Shown here: in pieces, positions 1-13,825 of the stretch | Layout: each line of letters begins with the position of its first letter | Numbering within the stretch: the stretch's first letter is position 1 | NCBI RefSeq assembly: GCF_046119375.1 | Contig: NW_027362773.1 | Span: 212,040,001-212,104,000 of the forward strand | Source: Phyllobates terribilis | Taxonomy: Eukaryota | Length of the DNA: 64,000 nt | Direction: 5' to 3' | Notes under the pieces: generated by a model | What the model was told of the DNA's origin: nothing | Database searches by the model: none | Seen by the model: the letters and a program-made list of their open reading frames with translations, nothing else | Made by a program: the position numbers and the translations under genes

Positions 1-473
1 GCATCCGATGTCAGATATAATGGAAAAGTGGCAAGCCCAGTACTTGGCACTGTATAATTTTGAGCCATGGATGTAACTAAGAATGTTCCCAACTAACAAA
101 TTAAAGCTGCACCCTGAAACACTATATTATGTACACATTGAATATAAGAAATTGGACTAACATTACTGAACAGAAGTTAAAAAATGAAGGGACTTAGCAG
201 TAACTGGCTAATTCATGTGAGCCCAATAACCAGCCACAAGGCATACCCCTTTGTCGGGACCCTAAACCTAACATGATGCCTTTCCTGGGCTCAAAGCCTC
301 ACATTTTATTAAGTTAACAATTTAATTTTAAGGATGTTCCCATTCAAAAAGTTGCATAAACTCCTATTATGAGATCAATGACCTTTATTTAATTAAAATC
401 CCTTTAACGAGAACCCTTCCAGCACCTTTTTACAGGTATAGGTGCTTGCCACATGATGGAAATTATACTTTTT

Positions 474-632
474 TTGTAGAGATCTGATGTGACAGTCATG
501 AGAAATCTAATGTAGAAGTTATATTTAATCAGGCTAGAAGTGCACTGGAGGCATGGCAAAGCACTTAATGGACACGCCCCCAGTGTGCCTCCAGCTTGAT
601 TTGAATATGATTTTCTCATCAGATCTCTACAA
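474..632. repeat. Small fold-back (inverted-repeat) element
   Basis: GTAGAGATCTGATG (476-489) is the exact reverse complement of CATCAGATCTCTAC (617-630); inner pair CTGGAGGCA (545-553) / TGCCTCCAG (586-594). Confidence 0.6.
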
Positions 633-962
633 GCAAAAAAAAAAGAAAAGGTATCATTATTATTGGGGGTGAGCACCTATAGAGCCAGACCACCAGTGCC
701 TGGGGTAAGAACATGCGGACAGGTTCCATGCAATATACTCTTGGCTTGGTTTATTTTTAAGCAATCGCCATCTGTATCTGATGTCCCCCAGTGTCCTGCC
801 CCTTGCACATGGTGACCCCATATAATACACGTGTCTGCGTACAGGAGGGACAGACATGAGCTATATCCGCCTCATACACAGATACCTGTCACTACTGGTG
901 CAGAACAGACCTCCAGGCACCAACGCAGCAGCTCCAGCACTGACCCTGACACTCAGCCTCAC

Positions 963-1130
963 CTGTGCAGCGACCACACTGCTCTGCGGCGCACACGTTC
1001 TACGTCACCGCGCCGCGAAGCATGCCGGGAGATGTAGTTCTCTGCTGCCTCCAGTCTTCACCTTCGCATTTCCGGGATTATACGCCTACACCTGTGCATT
1101 CTCGCTTCCGTATTAATATGAAGGACTGTA
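963..1130 (-). promoter_or_regulatory. CpG-rich putative promoter/first exon of an unidentified minus-strand gene continuing off the left edge
   Basis: Local CpG cluster; ACTACATCTCCCGGCATG (1038-1021) resembles the extended ZNF143/THAP11 motif ACTACAnnTCCCAGCATG; consensus donor CAG|GTGAGG at 963/962. Confidence 0.4.
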
Positions 1131-4097
1131 TATTTCCTGTATAGGGACTTGTGTGCACATATCAACCCTCCTAATAATAGATTGCGCGTTTGCCCGTTAG
1201 CAATCAGCTTCCATTTTTGCAGCGCAGGGTTTGCAATGAGAGGAAGGATCTGATTGGCTTTTACAGCTTCTCTAGTGTAGGAGGCGGCCATTTTTGTTTT
1301 GGGTTAGGCCTATACGGGGAAGGCTTATATGTGCTGTTATTGTAGTGCAGCAGCAGTAAAGCTTGTGCTATGTAACATTAAAAAGGGATAAGGCATAGGT
1401 GACCCCCCAAAACAGGTCAAGGCTGCAAGTCCTGGCCTGTCTGGTAATGTGAGGGAGTGAGGCTCATAGATGGAGTCGTTTTGCGCAGTTTGTTGTGCAG
1501 AAAAAGCTTTGATTGTAGAGTTTCTGCTCCAAAAACTCTGTTAAAAAATCAATGTGAACATAGTCTTAAAAACTGTGGTCATATTACACAACTAAACCCG
1601 TCCTCCGCACTCCCACGGACACAGGTGTATTGGACTATAAACACATACATTTTTGGGGGTTTTCATGTTAATAGGGCCTGTAAAGAACAATCCATGCACA
1701 AACTGTCGTCACAACTCCTCTTTAGGCCGCATTCACACATCCATGCGTCACGTCATAGTCCCGTCTGTTATTTTTCTCGGACAGCGCACTGACTCATGGA
1801 GTTTCATTGATCCATACGTACATCGGTTTTAAAAACGGATCCTATTGTCATCAGTTTTGCAGATCAGACTCGGCCGTTAAAGTCTATGTGGATCTATATA
1901 AAATGGATGAAACATAGAAGACAGACTGTGATCTTCAGAATTCCAGTACTTTAATATCGATGATTAGAGATGAGCGAACCCAAACTGTAAAGTTTGAGGT
2001 TTGTGACGGATACCTAGTGTCCGGTGCTGAATTCCAAACACAGACTTTTCCCAGAAGTGTTTGGATGCAGAGAGAGATATTCTGTGGGGATAGTCTGCTT
2101 CCTTTGGCCTTACTACAGCACCAAAGTTCGAGTCCCCATTGACTTCTATGGGGTTTGGGTTCAAGTTCGGGTAGAGTTATGGTACCCGAACCGAACTTTG
2201 GTCAAACCTGACCATCAACAGGTCCTCTCATCCCGACTGATGGTCAATTCTTAGGATAGGTCATCAATGCCAGATTAGCTGCAAAGCATAGCTCCACCAA
2301 CTGCATAGTGGCTGCAGAGGGGTACTGCAAATGGATCTGTAGTACGTGGTCACGGCTTCTATACAGTCGACAGAGCAGTTCTGGAACAGCTGATCGGTGG
2401 ACCTGCAGGGTGATGCTCCCCCACCAATCTTGTACGGATGACCTATGCTAAGGATAGGCCATCAACATTAAAAGTACAAGACAACCCCATTAACCAATCC
2501 ATATAGTCAAAGAATAAAAACAAACAAAAAAAAACACAAATACATTCATAGTCTATTTGCTTCAGTGGGAAAAAAAGATGCAACTACGATAACTCCAGAG
2601 GGGAAAAAAAAAAAAAAAAAAACAGTCTATTTCTCTCGGATGGTGACACTCACAGATTTCTAATGCAGCCTTAGGCGCAGTCACTTTTGCAACAAATCTG
2701 CAATGTGAATGTACCCCTATAGCTCCATTTTGTATGCAGCCATAATAATGCTGCCAAACCGTTGCATATTGCCTTTATTGTACTGCTATAGGCCACTGAT
2801 ATCATACAGAAGCTTAGTGTGTTTTTTTCTGTTCGATTCCTCATAAATTCCTTGCTGCCTAGCAACCTAAAACATTGTGTAGACTCCTATCTGGATTGTG
2901 CGATCGATCTCAAAGGGTTTTTTTTTTTGCTGCTTTGCAGAGTCTAAAGTTAACTTAAGAGTGCACAATTACAGCAAGATTGTTACAATAATTATCCCAT
3001 TTATTAATTACTAACTTATACCAGAATTTATCCCAGCAGCTGAAATGCATCAAGTATGTGCGCACGTATCCCCGAAACCCATTTTTCAGGCGGGCAAAAA
3101 AAAGGTTTAAGCTGAAACGCTCTTCAGGAAGCCCCATTTTTTTTTATCCTGAAGAGGTTTTTTGTTAGCCTTTTCATTACCTTTTTCTGAGGCGGTTATC
3201 ATTGTTTTCTTGGCGTTCTCAAATGTTTTTTTGCATGTTTTTCAGGTGCTTATTTAGCAATGATTGAAATTAAATAAAATTTTTTATGGCAGAACCAAAA
3301 GATGCCCTTCCTGGCTATCTTTTAGGCTTTCCATTGACTTTTATTGTACAATATGGAACATCTTCGAAGCAGGAAACGCCTGAAGAATGGACCAGTCATT
3401 TCTTTTAACCACTTGGCATCTTTGCAAAACTAAAGCGAATCGTTTTTTTACATAGAAATGAATAAGATTTCTTTGGCGTGTTTTCTTGGATATTTTTCAG
3501 AGCAACCCACTCCAAACCTTCCTGAAAAAAAAAACGGTGTATGAACATAATCCCTCGTCACTCCAGAGCTTTTAGTTTAAAGTCATGTTGATTCATGTGA
3601 CCGCTGCAGTCAATCACTGGTCACAGCAGTCACACCACAGTAAAAAACACTTAAGGCCATATAATCCAAGATAAAGGTACCACCAAACACACCAGACCAC
3701 AGAAACCCAAAGGCAGAAATAATAAAAAGGTAACTTTTTTTTTTTTTTTTTTTTTATTATAAATACATATCCCCTATGAATGGGGGATACCTTAAAGTCA
3801 CGGTACAACCCTTTTAAAATTAAAAAATATACTCCTGGCACCCAGATGACTGCTCTCATTTCTGTACTGCAGCTCTGAGAACACCCCACCTATGACTGGT
3901 CGCCAGGGCTCGGGCAAGTACCCAAAAGTGCAAGTACTGAATAATCAATAATTTACAGAATTTTGATGTAAATATTGGAGTCATTGTGGCTACAGGTAAT
4001 GGCTGAAGTCTGTGCAAGCCTCACATAACATTAAATAACTGATTGACAGCAGACAAATCCCTCTCCCGAATGTAGAGTTCATTCACAATCATTTCAG

Positions 4098-4330
4098 TCA
4101 CGGGGCAACCTCTGCCAGAGGCTCAGACACTGCGGCCACGATTGGTGTGTCCTCCTTTATGTTCACTTCTGCATTCTCTATGGATGGTTGAGATCTCTTA
4201 GGTTCAGCCTCAGGTATGGGAAGCATTTCGGGCTCCTTCTGAGGTAATATCCCCTCCAAGGCTTCATGCAGTGGAATCACATTGATAGCACCCAGACTGC
4301 CGTAACGGGAAAGGTGAGTGGGGGCAACAC
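4098..4330 (-). CDS. COG8: COG8 exon 5 (GVAPTHLSRYGSLG...EVAP*)
   Basis: Acceptor CCCTCTCAG, phase matches exon 4, TGA at 4098-4100. Confidence 0.88.
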
Positions 4331-7300
4331 CTGAGAGGGTAAAAAAGGAGCAAAATTAAAATATCACACTACATAGTTATATAGTCTATGTAAATATACT
4401 GACGCAGAGTTACATCCTGTATTATACTCCAGAGCTGCACTCACAGTTCTGCTGGTGCAGTCAGTGTACATACATTACGCATCTTGCACTGAATCGGTTT
4501 TCTAAACTGTATTATGCTCTAGTGCTAAAGCCAAACTCTTGCTGGTTTCTATTGGAAACAGTCAGCAAGCTTGTTGATGACATTTAACTCAGCTCAGCTC
4601 TAAAGTTTACCATGCTACCTGCTTTGTGGCAGAATTAATTTTCTTATACTCAATTAGATGAAAACAATTCTTCTCACTACATCCATAACTGTATTGACAC
4701 TGAACTGGTAATGCAGGCAGAGATCAGCTCATCTCCCTACAGAATTGTGAATACTGCTCTGCAGGAAAATGGGACAGAACCCAAGTTGTACTATACAATC
4801 AACACCTATTATAACAAATAATTTTTTTTACCAAGTATCTGTGCTCTTTGTGCTGGAGGAAAGAGGACCTGCAAGCAGCGGTTCAGGTACGGGGTCAGGT
4901 CCTCCAAGAAAACAGTGCAGAATTGGATAAAGAGTTCACGTTCCTGGGGGCTGAACGCAGCTTCCTCGGCTCGGTGGAACGTCAGGATGGATTTAACGAC
5001 CTATGAAGGAGACCGAGAAAAAAAACAATACATAAAAGGATCCTGCATAACTACAACCACCAGGATGGAACAATTGCTGAAAAATAGTAGTTTTACAACA
5101 GCTGTAGTTGGACAGTTTCTCCTGACATCATGTTGTCCTAGTGACTCACTGACATGATCTCTGACTTTTCATGGCTGTTCACAGATCCAACCAATTCCCA
5201 CAAGATCAGGAAACAGTCAGTATGTTTATGGGAAAATCCATACAGTCAGGAACGATCGCTTCTGCAAACAAAATCACTGTATGTACCTTTTCCAACGCGT
5301 CCTGCAATGTGTTGGTCACTTCTTCAGTTAGAGCCACAGGACAGCAAAGCCGCAAGTCATTAAAGGCCACCAGGATGTTGTTAAGAAAGCAGGCCAAGGG
5401 CGGGAAGTCCAGGAGAACCATAGGGGGCTGCAGGGTCCCCGGCTGGGCAGGTGGTGTTGGCACCGGTGGGATGCTGGACCCGAGAACTGCAGTGGTGGAG
5501 ATCAGCGTATACATGTTCATCTCCTCCTGAAACTTCTCCACTGCCTCCTTTGCTCCCCGTGCAAAGTTCTCGGCAGCAACCCTCTGGAATATGGGCGCCA
5601 GCTGCCCACGGAAATCTGCACCCACGCGGCTGAAGGAGAGTCCAAAATACATGCACTGCCCTAAGAGAGAGTCCAAACGACTGCCTACCCCTCTCTGAAG
5701 GTCGCTTTCTAGCACCTGCAGGAACTCGCTCACTTTCTGTAACACCCATCCGTGGAATATAGCGCCTTCGCTGACGGGCAAGGAGCCTACAGGAAGAGGA
5801 GGGAGGAGAAGGGGGTCTTCATCGGAGAAGATGGCGCGATACTGGGTGATGACATCGAACAGGTGCACGCGGCAGCTCTCAATGGTCTTGGTGAGATGGA
5901 AATAAGGGTCGTCTTGAGGGATGGAGCTTTGCATGGAGCGGAGCCAGGCGTCCCGGGCCTGCAGGAACTTTATCCGTAACTCTGCTTCCGTGAAGACGTC
6001 CATCCTGCGCAGGAAGCCGATCACCCGCAGGCAGGCGGGCAGCTGGATGTTACTGCGCAGCTGCTGGAGGAGCTGGGTCAGCATCAACTGGGCAGACTGG
6101 CGGACCTCATGCACTATGCCCTGAAGAGAAGGAGCACACACCGCATAAGAGGCAGGATGATATATTCTGTCTACAAGATGTCTACTGACAACACAATTTA
6201 CTAGTGAACCGACAGGATACATGTGTGAGGTCAGCGCTCACACCTGTATGACAGGGATCGCTGAGAACTTCTTCTCCAGCCGCTTCACGTAGGCCGCCAG
6301 CTCCAGCGCCTCCTCGTAGTACCCGTTCCGGACACACGTGTCCATCAGCTGCGGGATCTCCAGGATTTCTAGGATCTCGGTGTGCCGGTTCAGAGTCAGC
6401 GTGTTCATCCGCCGGCTGGAGCTGATATCCTCCGCCTGCTTCATAAACCCCCTGCAGAGAAGAGAGAGATCATGTAAAGGTACAAAGGCGGAGACGCGGG
6501 CGACGGCAGCAGGGCCACGGGAGCAGTAGGGTGATGGGAGTAGTGGTGACATGGGTGGCATGAGGGAGGAATAGTGATAGAATAATGAAAGTAGTAGTAG
6601 TGACCAGCGACGGCGGGACCACAGGCGTAGCAGCGACGGCGGGACCACAGGCGTAGCAGCGACGGCGGGACCACAGGCGTAGCAGCGACGGCGGGACCAC
6701 AGGCGTAGCAGCGACGGCGGGACCACAGGCGTAGCAGCGACGGCGGGACCACAGGCGTAGCAGCGACGGCGGGACCACAGGCGTAGCAGCGACGGCGGGA
6801 CCACAGGCGTAGCAGCGACGGCGGGACCACAGGCGTAGCAGCGACGGCGGGACCACAGGCGTAGCAGCGACGGCGGGACCACAGGCGTAGCAGCGACGGC
6901 GGGACCACAGGCGTAGCAGCGACGGCGGGACCACAGGCGTAGCAGCGACGGCGGGACCACAGGCGTAGCAGCGACGGTGGGACCACAGGCGTAGCAGCGA
7001 CGGCGGGACCACAGGCGTAGCAGCGACGGCGGGACCACAGGCGTAGCAGCGACGGCAGGCTGATGGGAGTAGCAGGCGCCGGGTGACCTGCAGCTCTCCT
7101 GGAGGCCGGGCAGTTTGCTCAGTAGCCGGGACACGTTGTCCTCCACTTGGCTGAAGTCCCGGTAGATGAGCTCGGTGCACTCCGCTGTGCGGATGAAGGT
7201 CTTGTAGTGAGTGAACGCCAGGTCCCGGGTCTGCTGCAGGATCTGCGCCCGCTCCTCCGCCAGCCTCTCCGGCTCCCTCCGCAGCTTCTCCACCCCGAAG

Positions 7301-7419
7301 GAGCTGAGCTCCAGCAGATAAGAGGCAAAATCCGGGTTGTCCCTCCAGCTCTCCGGGAAACTGTTCCTGAACACCGAGGCCAGGAGGCTCTCATCTTCCT
7401 CCACGTCCACCGCCGCCAT
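4098..7419 (-). CDS. COG8: Conserved oligomeric Golgi complex subunit 8, 5 coding exons, 591 aa
   Basis: join complement(7088..7419,6244..6451,5287..6120,4832..5000,4098..4330) = 1776 nt, all GT-AG and in phase. Recognisable COG8 peptides: EPERLAEERAQILQQTRDLAF, LEILEIPQLMDTCVRNGYYEEALEL, QCMYFGLSFSRVGADFR, PPMVLLDFPPLA. Confidence 0.96.
4832..5000 (-). CDS. COG8: COG8 exon 4 (VVKSILTFHRAEEAAF...AQILG)
   Basis: Acceptor TCCTTCATAG, donor TTG|GTAAAA; 169 nt, open frame. Confidence 0.92.
5287..6120 (-). CDS. COG8: COG8 exon 3 (GIVHEVRQ...QDALEK)
   Basis: Acceptor TTCTCTTCAG, donor AAG|GTACAT; 834 nt within ORF 5206..6222. Confidence 0.95.
6244..6451 (-). CDS. COG8: COG8 exon 2 (GFMKQAEDIS...AIPVIQ)
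   Basis: Acceptor TCTCTGCAG, donor CAG|GTGTGA; 208 nt. Confidence 0.93.
6605..7056. repeat. 26-bp GC-rich minisatellite, 17.4 copies, in COG8 intron 1
   Basis: Unit CAGCGACGGCGGGACCACAGGCGTAG repeated from 6605; only one substitution seen (near 6977). Confidence 0.97.
7088..7419 (-). CDS. COG8: COG8 exon 1 (MAAVDVEED...GLQESCR)
   Basis: ATG in AAGATGGCG context at 7419; donor CAG|GTCACC; 332 nt. Confidence 0.93.
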
Positions 7420-7668
7420 CTTACTGCAGGTAGACGGAATATGCCTCAACAAAACTTTATCAAATGTGACGTCCACATTTATCGCTGGCAAGAAGAAAAA
7501 CGCACTGATTGGTTGGCTGCACCGTGACGTTAAAAAAGGTCGCCATGTTGGTGGAGGCATGAATCTCGTCAACAAACTTTATTGACAATGAACAGTGTTC
7601 ACCCAGTCCTTTCCCAGAGTGCAGTACGAGGCTTCGCTCAGTATCCGCCAGGGTCACACGTGGGAAGG
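7420..7668. promoter_or_regulatory. Bidirectional promoter between COG8 and NIP7
   Basis: 249 nt between divergent ATGs; CRE-like TGACGT at 7467 and 7525, ATTGG (CCAAT box) 7508-7512, YY1-like CGCCATGTT 7541-7549, E-box CACGTG 7657-7662. Confidence 0.8.
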
Positions 7669-7724
7669 ATGAGGCCGCTGACTGACGAGGAGACCAAGAC
7701 CTTGTTCGAGAAGCTCTCCAAATA
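7669..7724 (+). CDS. NIP7: NIP7 exon 1
   Basis: [19 protein letters not shown]; donor TA|GTGAGT. Confidence 0.95.
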
Positions 7725-10191
7725 GTGAGTGAAGGGTTAAACGCCGCTGTCCGTTCTGGGTCCTTTCTACATACACCTCTGCTTGCTGTCAGCGATCAGA
7801 AACCGTAATTTTCCATTCGGTGACAGCAAGCAGAGATTTTGTGAAAGAGGAACCGCGGCAGTAAATAGATTACAGGGTCATTTCCATTTTATGGCGTAAC
7901 TTTAGGATTAGAGGGGGTCTGACCGCCAGGACCACCCATCCTAAGAATTAACTGCTTTCCCCAAAAAACTAGGACCCGCAGCCTCATCTGATTGGAGCGG
8001 AGGGCTCGGCCTCCTCTAATTCATTTTTTCTTGATACCAAATTCTTCAAAAAGTTTCAAATATTTTGCGCTGAATCGACTTTGCTCTTTATTTATTTTTT
8101 CTACTTTTCTCTTTTTTTTTCTAGCAGAAAGTTGCATGTGCTGCTAAAATATTGCAAAATTGACACTCAAACAAAGTTTCAGGCTTATCTTAAAATCACT
8201 CCGGGGGAAGGAGGGACTGGGGCGGTACAGCTGCCAAAAATGTAGCTTTTTTTTTTTATTATTAATATTTTTAAAGTCACAATTGAAGGGAGAAAATATG
8301 TAGAAAACAAAAACCATGACCACAATGAGAAATGTAAAAAAAATAAAATAAACATTTAAAATAGAGTTAAAGATGCAAATTTAAAGGGATTTGTCGCAGA
8401 TTAAAAACTAGAAAAAAAGGTAATAATATCTGGGCTAAAGTCTATGGGACTGGGGGAGAAAGTGGAGCTCTGTACTGGGCTATTTCTACCCATCCCATAG
8501 GGAGGTCGAGCGTTTGCACCTCTACTTTATTCAAGATGGGGGCGCTGTAGAGCGCCGTTTTTGGTATTGTTGGTCTGACCTCTTATGGTCAGTAAGTTAT
8601 CCCTCATCCTTTGGATAGGGGATAACTTTTTTTTTTTATTAAATAACCCTTTAAGGCACGGTTGATGGCTGAAAAACACTGAGCGGCAGCAGCACTGTAG
8701 CCCCTTTGTTTTTGGGCTTGGTGGAGACCCCCGGCAGTCATAAGGTGATGGCATATCCTAATGGTGGGAATACCCCTTAGTTTTAAATGCAGCAAAAAAA
8801 AAAAAAAAAGCTCTTTCCTCTATGACAGGTCACATATGTTAGCAATGGGATGATAGTGGTTGTAGTTGTGATGATCTTGATGTCTTTGCAAACAAAATCA
8901 TCCTCATCCTCTTACTTGATCCTTAGCATTGGAGAAAATATCAAGCTTCTCGTGGACCGACCTGACGGGACGTACTGCTTCCGGCTACACAATGACCGTG
9001 TGTATTATGTAAGGTGAGGCAACAGGGGGTTACAACAGACTTTAACTTTAAGGGGTTGATTGCTCTAGTTGCTGTTATGGGGGAGCCTCACATTACATGA
9101 TTAGCCAGCACACAGGGATGTTTCTCATCTGCAGCCATTGCTACGAGAGGAGCTGTGAACACAAAACGGTACAATTTGTAAAGTCCCTTTGATTATCGAA
9201 TAAATGCAATATTTTTTTTTCCAGCGAAAGAATGCTGAAACTGGCCACAAATGTCGCCCGAGATAAACTGGTCTCTCTTGGAACCTGTTTTGGAAAGTTC
9301 ACCAAGACTCAGAAGTTTCGTCTTCACGTTACAGCTCTGGATTACCTGGCTCCATATGCAAAGGTGATTAGAACATTTTTATTAATCCGCTAAAAGGATA
9401 CTTAAAAAAAAAAAAAAAAAAAAAAAGGGGTATGTACGCTCATCATCCTGCAACACTGCCAGTACCTGACGCCTGTCACTTTACCTCGTAGTACAAGGTG
9501 TGGGTGAAGCCTGGGTCCGAACAGTCTTTCTTATATGGCAACCACGTTCTGAAATCCGGACTGGGGAGAATAACTGAGAACACCACACAGTACCAGGGGG
9601 TGATAGTCTACTCCATGGCCGACGTTCCCTTGGTGAGTACTGCTGCTGCTTCCTGGTTATTTTAAAATCTAATATTGTGATTATTATATTGCTTGGGCCA
9701 AATTCCGACATCTCTGTATCTGGGTCCGTGACATATGGAGTGGCTATGGGTCTCATGACCCAAACTTTACAGCCTCATATATACCTATGGGGCTCTCGAG
9801 TTCAGGTCAGTCTGTGCATAGTGGTCTCGGATTGTGGCTTTAGGATATACATTCACTTTATAATCCTTTCAGGGTCTGACCTCTGGGGGACCATCCTCAG
9901 TTCTGAGGATGAAGGGCCCTGCAAAACTGATATATGAATTAATTATGCAGCCCCCTTCCTTCTCAGGATCGGTGACGGTCGAAAACACTAGGAAAAAAAA
10001 AAAAAGGTTGATTTAATCCCAGCTTTGTCCTATATCAGATGGGCTTATTCTCTATTTCCGTTCCTTTGCAGGGTTTTGGTGTAGCTGCAAAGTCCACACA
10101 AGAATGTAGGAAACTGGACCCCATGCAGATTGTCGTTTTCCACCAAGCCGACGTTGGAGAATACATCAGACATGAGGACACTCTTACCTAA
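7669..10191 (+). CDS. NIP7: 60S ribosome subunit biogenesis protein NIP7, 5 exons, 180 aa
   Basis: join(7669..7724,8927..9013,9225..9363,9492..9632,10072..10191) = 543 nt: [47 protein letters not shown]...[30 protein letters not shown]...[16 protein letters not shown]. Missed by the ORF track because exons are short. Confidence 0.97.
8927..9013 (+). CDS. NIP7: NIP7 exon 2
   Basis: [28 protein letters not shown]; CCTTAG acceptor, AG|GTGAGG donor. Confidence 0.95.
9225..9363 (+). CDS. NIP7: NIP7 exon 3
   Basis: [46 protein letters not shown]; TTCCAG acceptor, AAG|GTGATT donor. Confidence 0.95.
9492..9632 (+). CDS. NIP7: NIP7 exon 4
   Basis: [47 protein letters not shown]; TTG|GTGAGT donor. 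Confidence 0.95.
10072..10191 (+). CDS. NIP7: NIP7 exon 5
   Basis: [39 protein letters not shown]; TTTGCAG acceptor. Confidence 0.95.
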   Translation, partial: GFGVAAKSTQECRKLDPMQIVVFHQADVGEYIRHEDTLT

Positions 10192-11056
10192 ATCACACAA
10201 CGGGAGAAAGACTTTACAAGCCAAAAATAATCTACCGCCTTAAGGACCGGACTGGGGAGAACGTTATGCACAGGACTGAGGAAGACCCCCTTTCTGTAGC
10301 CGGACCTATAACCTTTAATTACCATTATATTAAACAGACTGTTTGTATCAATTGATCACGTGAAGTTTTCCTTCCATCACACTGATTTTTGCCATTTACT
10401 GGAGTGAAAAACAAGACAAGACACCGAGGATTTTCCATTCTCCCTTTATTATGAGCACTTTGTATAAAAGCTTTTCACCTACTGTTCATATAAGAATTAT
10501 TCTACCTAAGGGTTAATTCACAACCACGATATTTACTGGTCGGTATTCTGGCCAATCAATGGCTCTCCTGACCCTGACTAACTGCCTCTTAGGTGTATAT
10601 GATGTTGTTTGCTTGGGTCAGGAATTACCACTAAATTAGCCAGAAAAAGATTGGATTTTTAGTCTGTTTATACTCCTGAGCTGCATTCACAATTCTGCTG
10701 GTTGGTATCTGATAGTGATCAGGCTCTTGCCAGGTGGTCTTATAAAGTAGTGGGATAGTCTGTTCTACATCATTTTACTGATGCAAAGACAATTTCTATG
10801 CCTGCACCGAGCAAGCAGGGAGTGCTAGAAGATTTCAGCTCTGAAGGCAGCACATATGAATGCATAAAATGTAGCTTTTATAAGGGGGAACCCTGCAAAT
10901 ATTTGCCTTTTTTTTTTGTTTTGCTTTCGCATATAAAGGTGTGGGAAGGACAAACTTAGCCGTATATAAAACGTTACAAAATTACTGAATCTTGCTCCCT
11001 CCATTAATATGTGAAGTTTCCTCCTTGAGATGCATCTTTCCAGGTGCGGCACGTCC

Positions 11057-13825
<2,769 letters not shown>

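Noticed and set aside
2126-2135. tRNA B-box-like GTTCGAGTCC
   Set aside because: No A box or cloverleaf; lies in a GTTCG-rich dispersed repeat starting AGAGATGAGCGAACC at about 1967.
5171-6124. Plus-strand and alternate-frame ORFs over COG8 exon 3
   Set aside because: Shadows of GC-rich coding sequence.
6441-7180. Long ORFs 6441..6986 and 6470..7180
   Set aside because: Alternative frames of the stop-free 26-bp repeat.
7420-7575. In-frame upstream extension of COG8 (ATG at 7560)
   Set aside because: Runs through the promoter motifs and probably lies upstream of the start site; ATG 7419 has the better context and gives the expected N-terminus.
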